Part shown: positions 1 to 5,971 of the stretch, piece by piece | Numbering within the stretch: position 1 is the stretch's first letter | Layout: each line of letters opens with the position of its first letter | DNA from: Fibrobacterales bacterium | Lineage (GTDB): Bacteria > Fibrobacterota > Fibrobacteria > Fibrobacterales > JAOPTW01 | Direction of reading: 5' to 3' | NCBI GenBank assembly: GCA_051532055.1 | Contig: JAOPTX010000056.1 | Location: 1 to 16,518, forward strand | DNA length: 16,518 nt | Translations under genes and position numbers: made by a program | Notes under the pieces: model-generated | Seen by the model: only the letters and a program-made list of their open reading frames with translations | Told to the model about the DNA's origin: nothing | Databases searched by the model: none

Positions 1-1
1 A

Positions 2-1096
2 TCACTAGTTGATGATTCAGTCGTAGAAGAATTAGTACCAGAATCCAGTGTTGAATCAATTGAAGACCTTGAAGAACCCGTTGAGCTTGATGATACTGAA
101 ATGATTGAACTTACTTCACTGAGTGCGGACAAGCCTATAGATACACATGAAAGTGAATCAGAAGATGAAGTTACAAGCTCAAATCAGTTTTTCAATGTAC
201 TTGGCGATGAATCCCTTGGGGGGATTGATGAATCTCTTCTTGAGTCTATTGATTCGGTTGAAGTCGATGAGGACCTAGGCGAATTAATAGAAGAGCAAGA
301 GCATGAAAATAATTCAGTTTTAGATGATGATACTACAGTTGATGAACAAATAGATATGGCTTCAATAGAAGAATCAGAAGACGTTTTTGATGACACTGAA
401 GGGAACGCTCATTCAACATTCTTTACTGTAACAGGGGATAGCTCAAATGACGGAGAATTAGATCTCAAAGTTCTTGATGGTATTGAAAGTGTTGAAGTGA
501 TTGAAGATTTGAATGAAATCGTTGAAGAAAGTGATCTTGATGATGAATCAAACAATTTAGAAGAAGTATCTGCAGATAATGGTGAGAGCACTACTGACAT
601 AGATAAGATTGAAGAAGAACAACGAAGTGAAGAAGAGATTACAGAGATTCTACCAGATGAAGTATTAGATCTTGAAGAAGCAGAAATGATTGATCTTGCT
701 GCATTATCCGAAAGTATTAATGAAGAGCAAGAGCTACTTATTGATAAAGAAACCGCGTCAATAATAGATACCTCAATAGATTTATCCGAGTTAGAGGATG
801 ATGATACCTCTGCACTTGATGAATTACGTATTCAAGAGGTAGAAGAGGAACAAAAGCAACAAAAGGCTGCTGAAGTACCGAATGCAATTGACGATATAGA
901 CTATTTTTCATCAATTGATCCCTCCGAGTTACCAACACCAACAGTAACACTTGCAGAAATTTATTTTGATCAAAACCTCTATGCTCAGGCATTAGAGATG
1001 TATAGACAGTTATCTGAGAGCGATACCGCTAATGAAGTCCTCACTCTTAGAATGAAAGAAATTAAGGAAATACTCACTAAAAAAGCAGAAAATTAA
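2..1096 (+). CDS. 5'-partial, highly acidic low-complexity protein with C-terminal TPR-like motif
   Basis: Frame is open from base 2 (SLVDDSVVEELVPE...) into the ORF-track protein, so the true start lies upstream of the window. Very D/E-rich. Ends in PTVTLAEIYFDQNLYAQALEMYRQL, a TPR-like helix pair. Stop TAA at 1094-1096. Confidence 0.75.
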   Translation, partial: SLVDDSVVEELVPESSVESIEDLEEPVELDDTEMIELTSLSADKPIDTHESESEDEVTSSNQFFNVLGDESLGGIDESLLESIDSVEVDEDLGELIEEQEHENNSVLDDDTTVDEQIDMASIEESEDVFDDTEGNAHSTFFTVTGDSSNDGELDLKVLDGIESVEVIEDLNEIVEESDLDDESNNLEEVSADNGESTTDIDKIEEEQRSEEEITEILPDEVLDLEEAEMIDLAALSESINEEQELLIDKETASIIDTSIDLSELEDDDTSALDELRIQEVEEEQKQQKAAEVPNAIDDIDYFSSIDPSELPTPTVTLAEIYFDQNLYAQALEMYRQLSESDTANEVLTLRMKEIKEILTKKAEN

Positions 1097-1145
1097 TCTG
1101 GATTTAGTGAGAAGATGGAAAAACAAACAAACAATAAGGAACATC

Positions 1146-1595
1146 ATGAATTTTAAAGAAGTAAAATCACTGATGAGTTTATTAGATAATTCAGACTTGA
1201 CTGAGATCGAGTGGAAATTTAATGATAACCATATCATTCTTAAAAAAGAGAAAGAATTGGTACACACTGTTGCACAGGCTGCCCCTGTAGCTATAGCCGC
1301 GGCACCTGCCGTAGCATCTGCTCCTGCTCCTGCTTCTGCAGAGCCAGTAATCGAATCGGGACTTTCAATCAAATCTCCTATGGTTGGAACTTACTATGCA
1401 AAACCTTCCCCTGATTCTGAACCATATTTGAAAGTTGGTGATAAAGTTTCAAAAGGCCAAGTTGTTTGTATCATAGAGGCAATGAAACTTATGAATGAAG
1501 TTGAATCTGATATCGATGGAACCGTTGTAGAGGTTTGCATTAATGATGCGACTCCTGTTGAATATGATGGTGTTCTTTTTAAGGTAGCTCCATAA
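1146..1595 (+). CDS. accB: acetyl-CoA carboxylase biotin carboxyl carrier protein
   Basis: Biotinylation motif IIEAMKLMNEVES, SPMVGTYY motif and Ala/Pro linker. Start reassigned to ATG 1146, which has AAGGA at 1136-1140 upstream. Confidence 0.96.
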   Translation: MNFKEVKSLMSLLDNSDLTEIEWKFNDNHIILKKEKELVHTVAQAAPVAIAAAPAVASAPAPASAEPVIESGLSIKSPMVGTYYAKPSPDSEPYLKVGDKVSKGQVVCIIEAMKLMNEVESDIDGTVVEVCINDATPVEYDGVLFKVAP

Positions 1596-1616
1596 CCTTA
1601 GACTATTAAATTAATG

Positions 1617-1670
1617 ACCAGTAGATGTTTAAAATGATTGGAAAAATTCCAGTTCATTTATTCTAATGGT
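1617..1670 (+). other. intergenic extended stem-loop between accB and accC
   Basis: Nested arms ACCAgTAGA/TCTAaTGGT, AAATGA/TCATTT and TTGGAA/TTCCAG around an AAA loop. Confidence 0.45.
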
Positions 1671-1710
1671 ATTGTGAAATTAAGGGTTACCCTAAACGAA
1701 ACGAGAAAGT

Positions 1711-3060
1711 ATGAAAAAAGTTTTAATTGCTAATAGGGGTGAGATTGCGCTTCGCGTGATTAGAGCCTGTAAAGAACTTGGGATTCAAACAGTTGCGATA
1801 CACTCAACTGCAGATAACAATTCTTTACATGTACACTATGCTGATGAAGATGTGTGCGTTGGTCCACCTTTGGCTAAAGATAGTTATCTTAATATTAAAG
1901 AAATATTGGCTGCAGCTGAAATTACAAATGCAGATGGTATTCATCCTGGTTATGGGTTTATGGCAGAGAATGCACATTTCGCTGAAATGTGCAAAGAGAA
2001 TGGCATCGAGTTTATCGGTCCATCTGCTAAAGCGATCCAAGAGCTCGGTGAAAAAACTTATGCGAAAGCTGCTATGAAAAAAGCAGGAGTTCCTTGTATT
2101 CCAGATAGTGAAGGAGTGTTACCTACTGTCGAGTCCGCCAAAAAGAAAGCTGAAGAGATTGGATTCCCAGTAATTCTAAAAGCAGTAGCTGGTGGTGGTG
2201 GCCGCGGAATGCGTGTGGTACATTGTATTGAAGATGTGGAATCACAGTTTAATATTGCGCGTGCAGAATCTGAAGCCTGTTTTTCAAATGGCAGCTTATA
2301 CATGGAGAAGTTTTTTACTGAACCACGACACGTTGAAATTCAGCTTATGGGTGATAAATATGGAAATATGGTTCATCTTGGAGAACGTGATTGTTCTGTA
2401 CAGCGTCGTCACCAAAAGTTGATTGAAGAATCACCATCACCTGCATTTTCTCCTGAAATGAGGAAACAGCTCGGTGAAAGTGCTGTTCGCGGTGCTCTTG
2501 AAGTAGGGTACCATAGTGCGGGTACAATGGAGTTTCTCCATGAGAACGGTAAAAACTTTTTTATGGAAGTGAATACCCGAATTCAGGTTGAACACTGCGT
2601 TACTGAAGAGGTTACTGGAATTGATCTCATCCAAGAAATGCTTCGTGTAGCTCAAGGTGAAAAACTTCAGTTTACTCAAGATGATATTGAATTAAAAGGA
2701 CATGCTCTGGAATGTCGTATTAATGCTGAAGACCCCGCTAAAGACTTCAGACCATCACCTGGTAAAATTGATCATTTTTCTGTACCTGGTGGGCCTGGTG
2801 TCCGTGTAGATAGCCATTGTTATTCTGGATATGTTATACCACCGTATTATGACTCGATGATAGCTAAAATTATTGTTCATGCTCCAACGCGTATGCAAGC
2901 AATTGCTCGTATGCTGAGAGCACTTGATGAATTTGTTATTGAAGGGGTTGAGACAACAATTCCGCTCCATAAAAAAATTCTGCAGCATCCAGTCTTCCAG
3001 TCTGGTAATTTTAATACTAAATTCCTTGAATACTATCCAGAAATTCTGGAAAGTCTTTAA
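1711..3060 (+). CDS. accC: acetyl-CoA carboxylase biotin carboxylase subunit
   Basis: MKKVLIANRGEIALR, HPGYGF, AGGGGRGMR, ERDCSVQRRHQK, EVNTRIQVEH, RINAED and YYDSMIAK motifs; 449 aa; directly downstream of accB. Confidence 0.97.
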   Translation: MKKVLIANRGEIALRVIRACKELGIQTVAIHSTADNNSLHVHYADEDVCVGPPLAKDSYLNIKEILAAAEITNADGIHPGYGFMAENAHFAEMCKENGIEFIGPSAKAIQELGEKTYAKAAMKKAGVPCIPDSEGVLPTVESAKKKAEEIGFPVILKAVAGGGGRGMRVVHCIEDVESQFNIARAESEACFSNGSLYMEKFFTEPRHVEIQLMGDKYGNMVHLGERDCSVQRRHQKLIEESPSPAFSPEMRKQLGESAVRGALEVGYHSAGTMEFLHENGKNFFMEVNTRIQVEHCVTEEVTGIDLIQEMLRVAQGEKLQFTQDDIELKGHALECRINAEDPAKDFRPSPGKIDHFSVPGGPGVRVDSHCYSGYVIPPYYDSMIAKIIVHAPTRMQAIARMLRALDEFVIEGVETTIPLHKKILQHPVFQSGNFNTKFLEYYPEILESL

Positions 3061-3070
3061 GGGAGGGTAC

Positions 3071-3772
3071 ATGCCACGTCATAAGTATTGGTTTGCAATT
3101 ACAGTATCTGTATTAAGTATTGTTCTATTTGTTCAGGCAACAAATGCAGCAAGAGTTGGACAGGTCACTTTTGTTTCAGGAGATGTATTCCTAAAACAAA
3201 AGTCGGGTAAAAGTAAGAATATGAAAGTGCAATACCCTGTTAAGGCGGGGCAAGTATTTACAACTGGATCAGAAAGTATATTAGAAATCACCTATTCGAA
3301 TGGCACAGTTCTTCGAATAGGTGAAAATTCTAGTGTAATATTAAGTGGAAAAAATAGTTCAGCTCCTTTTTTAAATAAGGGTAAGATTTGGGCTAATATT
3401 CAAAAAATGTCAAAGCGTAATGACCCATTTACTATTCAGACGGTTACTGCTACTGCAGCAGTTCGTGGAACGGTTTTTAGTGTTGAAGCAGGCTCTGATT
3501 CAAGTGCGACTATTGCGCTTTTCAAAGGGACAGTTGATGTCGGTCCTGCGGATACAACAGGACTATCAAATGATTCAAATTCGTGGGGGCCACCAAAAGA
3601 GATTAAAGGACCTTATGAAGTTTCTCTCAAAACGTGGATAACCCTAGATCCTGGGCAAGAAATTCATGTGAAATCGAATGGTACCTATAACACGCGCCTA
3701 ATTGATAGTACCTCAACTACTCAGTGGGTGAATTTTAATAAAAACCGTGATATGGAGCTTAATAAGCAGTAA
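3071..3772 (+). CDS. secreted FecR-domain protein
   Basis: ATG 3071 with GGAGG at 3062-3066. Signal-peptide-like N-terminus ending ATNA. FecR-type motifs TTGSES.LEI...NGTVLRIGENS and F.IQTVTATAAVRGTVFSV...ALFKGTVDV. Confidence 0.85.
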   Translation: MPRHKYWFAITVSVLSIVLFVQATNAARVGQVTFVSGDVFLKQKSGKSKNMKVQYPVKAGQVFTTGSESILEITYSNGTVLRIGENSSVILSGKNSSAPFLNKGKIWANIQKMSKRNDPFTIQTVTATAAVRGTVFSVEAGSDSSATIALFKGTVDVGPADTTGLSNDSNSWGPPKEIKGPYEVSLKTWITLDPGQEIHVKSNGTYNTRLIDSTSTTQWVNFNKNRDMELNKQ

Positions 3773-3805
3773 TACTACAGAACTTGTATATTCTTTGGTA
3801 AGTAA

Positions 3806-3849
3806 GATAGTGACTCATGCTATCAAAGCTGCGGGCCCTTTGGGCAGCT
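3806..3849 (+). terminator. two tandem hairpins after the FecR gene (possible terminator or stability element)
   Basis: GATAG(3806-3810)/CTATC(3820-3824), then AGCTGC(3827-3832)/GCAGCT(3844-3849) with an inner GCCC-TTT-GGGC. No clear U-tract. Confidence 0.3.
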
Positions 3850-3871
3850 AACTCATTGAAATTGAAAGAAA

Positions 3872-3901
3872 TGTAAAAAACCTCTTTACAAAAAATTGTA
3901 A
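3872..3901. promoter_or_regulatory. overlapping inverted repeats upstream of mini-nrdD copy 1
   Basis: TGTAAA-N7-TTTACA (3872-3890) overlapping TTACAA-N4-TTGTAA (3886-3901). Confidence 0.4.
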
Positions 3902-3947
3902 CTGGAGCATCTTGTATATATAGGGTTTCACAAACAAGGGGTAATCA

Positions 3948-4130
3948 ATGTCAGCAGCTATCATTCTCCATGATCATGAAAGAACGAAATGTGAAGTTTG
4001 GACTCGGGTAATGGGATATTATCGTCCAGTGAGTGAATTTAATATTGGGAAACGTGCTGAATTTAAAGAACGTACTCCTTTTAATGAAATTAAGGCACTT
4101 TACTCAACAAGAGAGTCTGCAGTAGCATAA
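3948..4130 (+). CDS. stand-alone NrdD C-terminal glycyl-radical domain protein (mini-NrdD), copy 1
   Basis: 60 aa. CEVWTRVMGYYRPVSEFNIGKRAEFKER matches the class III RNR C-terminal RVxGY...N.GK..E...R glycyl loop (Gly23). AAGGGG SD at 3936-3941. Confidence 0.9.
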   Translation: MSAAIILHDHERTKCEVWTRVMGYYRPVSEFNIGKRAEFKERTPFNEIKALYSTRESAVA

Positions 4131-4135
4131 CCTAC

Positions 4136-4176
4136 CCATTCTTGTTATCATACCGGTATTCTGGTGACAAGAATGG
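4136..4176 (+). terminator. stable hairpin immediately after mini-nrdD copy 1
   Basis: Perfect 10-bp arms CCATTCTTGT (4136-4145) / ACAAGAATGG (4167-4176), starting 5 nt after the stop, with inner ACCGG-TATT-CTGGT. U-tract is weak. Confidence 0.55.
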
Positions 4177-4241
4177 ATATTCAACTCAAAATACTCCATT
4201 TTTTTAAAGCATTTAAATGTGAGAATTTGTACAATAAAAAT

Positions 4242-5210
4242 ATGAAAAAATTGATATTCGTTACATTTCTGAGTCTTATTGCTCTCTGTTGTACGCAAAT
4301 AAATGATGTCCCCCAGGATTCACATATTCTCCCTATGGTACGCTATAATTATAATTTGGATAGTACTGTATATGATTCAGCATGGGTTGAATATGAAGAT
4401 ACCCTTCTTGTAATTGAAAATGAGAGTGGAATTGATACGTTTTACCTGAAGAGTCACTTTGAAGAGCGGTTCGTATACGGAACTGATGCACTTGTGTTAA
4501 CTCAAGTATATGATACGGTAATTCGTTCATATGACCAGGGATTTAATTATGCATATGTTTCGGGTGGTGATACCCTCACGGAGTTAGAACGATTTCCGAG
4601 CCTGTCAAGTAGTTCAAGTTTGGTGGTTTCGAGTGAAAGTAGTAGCAATCAATCGAGCGATGTTTTAAGCTCTACAGAGATATCTTCTTCCGACATTATT
4701 GTATTAAGTTCAACGGATGGAGTAAGTTCCTTAGTTCAATCAAGTGAGGTAATTTCAAGTAGTTCTACAACAGGTTCTTCAGCAGTATCTTCATCATCGG
4801 ATGATTTGAGATATATCAAAATTAATGTAATTTCAAAATCATTACTATCACCGCCAAATTTAGATGGAAGTAATTATAAAATGTATATGCACATTTATTA
4901 TGATGGAGCTGGTACAGAAATTGATGTTGATCTGGATAATCTTATCCTGAGATATAGAGAAAATTATGCTGAGGTTAACGGAGTCAAATTTGATAGTTTA
5001 TCATTTTCGACACTGGATACTGTACCTTATAATTCAAATACAAAAGAAATTACTTTTGGTCTCAATGATACCGCAAAAATTCAGATGTATTACCCCGTAG
5101 ATACTTCGAAAACAGTCATGAAAATTTCGTTCTCTAATTATGATAATTATTTTTATGGAATTGTAGATTCCGTGGCTTATCAACAATACCTTGATTCTCT
5201 TGATCAATAA
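4242..5210 (+). CDS. hypothetical lipoprotein with central Ser-rich linker
   Basis: Start reassigned to ATG 4242: MKKLIFVTFLSLIALC(C) is a signal-peptide-II-like N-terminus. A ~65-aa poly-Ser linker separates two non-repetitive domains. Confidence 0.75.
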   Translation: MKKLIFVTFLSLIALCCTQINDVPQDSHILPMVRYNYNLDSTVYDSAWVEYEDTLLVIENESGIDTFYLKSHFEERFVYGTDALVLTQVYDTVIRSYDQGFNYAYVSGGDTLTELERFPSLSSSSSLVVSSESSSNQSSDVLSSTEISSSDIIVLSSTDGVSSLVQSSEVISSSSTTGSSAVSSSSDDLRYIKINVISKSLLSPPNLDGSNYKMYMHIYYDGAGTEIDVDLDNLILRYRENYAEVNGVKFDSLSFSTLDTVPYNSNTKEITFGLNDTAKIQMYYPVDTSKTVMKISFSNYDNYFYGIVDSVAYQQYLDSLDQ

Positions 5211-5219
5211 GGACACGAA

Positions 5220-5423
5220 ATGTTAAAAAATATACTCTCAATAGTTGTTCTTATTGCATCATGTTTTATGGTTCATACTTACAGGTTTGAACTTGCATCA
5301 ACTTATATGATTAACTCATTAAATATTAACCTTGAGACCTATTATTTAGAGCTCGAGTTAGAAGAATTACAAAAAAGTATAGCGCATCAACACCTATCAA
5401 TCGCGCGACTACAGAAACAATAG
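5220..5423 (+). CDS. small hypothetical membrane-anchored protein
   Basis: AAGGA SD at 5209-5213 overlapping the upstream stop. Hydrophobic N-terminal helix followed by a Leu/Glu-rich, coiled-coil-like tail; 67 aa. Confidence 0.5.
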   Translation: MLKNILSIVVLIASCFMVHTYRFELASTYMINSLNINLETYYLELELEELQKSIAHQHLSIARLQKQ

Positions 5424-5436
5424 ATTTCATTTTATC

Positions 5437-5458
5437 AACAACGTGTATACAGGTTGTT
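5437..5458. promoter_or_regulatory. near-perfect 22-bp palindrome
   Basis: AACAACGTGTA|TACAGGTTGTT, one mismatched pair. Confidence 0.35.
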
Positions 5459-5541
5459 CATGTAGTATCAATGATTTCGTCCATGATGTGGTTGGGTGAC
5501 CATATATATACACTATAGAGTGTTTGTTTTAGGTTGCAGAC

Positions 5542-5570
5542 TTGTAAAGCATCTAAATACAAGCTATAAT
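5542..5570 (+). promoter_or_regulatory. sigma70-type promoter of mini-nrdD copy 2, overlapped by the inverted repeat CTTGTA-N11-TACAAG
   Basis: TTGTAA (5542-5547), 17-nt spacer, consensus TATAAT (5565-5570), 25 nt before ATG 5596. Confidence 0.65.
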
Positions 5571-5595
5571 TACTCCACTATATGGAGATGATGTA

Positions 5596-5775
5596 ATGAC
5601 ACATACTATTTTAAAAAATTCAGAAAGAACTAAATGCGAAATTTGGACACGAGTTATGGGCTATCACAGACCGGTCTCAGAGTTTAATATTGGCAAACAG
5701 TCAGAATATGCTGAACGTACTGTTTTCAATGAAAGAGTTGCACAAGAATCTCAAGAAAAGAGTGCTGTCGCATAA
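5596..5775 (+). CDS. stand-alone NrdD C-terminal glycyl-radical domain protein (mini-NrdD), copy 2; absent from the ORF track
   Basis: Hand translation: MTHTILKNSERTKCEIWTRVMGYHRPVSEFNIGKQSEYAERTVFNERVAQESQEKSAVA* (59 aa). GGAG SD at 5584-5587. 39/59 identical to copy 1 by manual alignment. Confidence 0.9.
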   Translation: MTHTILKNSERTKCEIWTRVMGYHRPVSEFNIGKQSEYAERTVFNERVAQESQEKSAVA

Positions 5776-5864
5776 TTGAAAATGTGCTTAATAAAAGTAA
5801 CACTGTGAACGCAGATGTACATTTATCGTTTATAAATGCTAAAAGTAGAGTTGTTCATGTGGTA

Positions 5865-5887
5865 TTTGTTCACGGTATGTGAACAAA
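5865..5887. promoter_or_regulatory. perfect inverted repeat upstream of the DNRLRE lipoprotein (candidate operator)
   Basis: TTTGTTCAC-GGTAT-GTGAACAAA, with an extra TGTTCA half-site at 5852-5857. Confidence 0.5.
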
Positions 5888-5971
5888 ACTGGATAAAATG
5901 AAGAATTTTTAAATGTAAATAAATAATGGTAATCCTATATTTTACCTATAACGATAATTTGAGGATTTACA

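Noticed and set aside
1107..1145. ORF-track N-terminal extensions (accB 1107, FecR 2924, lipoprotein 4164, TIGR02147 8463, YfhO 15252)
   Set aside because: Downstream ATGs fit SD motifs, signal peptides or family N-termini better, and several extensions overlap neighbouring genes or hairpins.
3797..3856. c-di-GMP-I (GEMM) riboswitch-like CAAAGC..GGGCC...GGCAGC segment upstream of mini-nrdD copy 1
   Set aside because: Lacks the GGCAAA stem, the GNRA tetraloop and the GACGCA element. A cmsearch against Rfam would settle it.
3948..4130. Mini-nrdD as a pseudogene remnant of full-length nrdD
   Set aside because: It has its own ATG and SD, no nrdD-like remnants are visible upstream, and a second copy has the same boundaries with synonymous divergence.
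5573..5587. RBS-sequestering hairpin CTCCA-CTATA-TGGAG
   Set aside because: With TATAAT at 5565-5570 the transcript should start near 5577, so most of the left arm would not be transcribed. Kept only as a possible DNA site.
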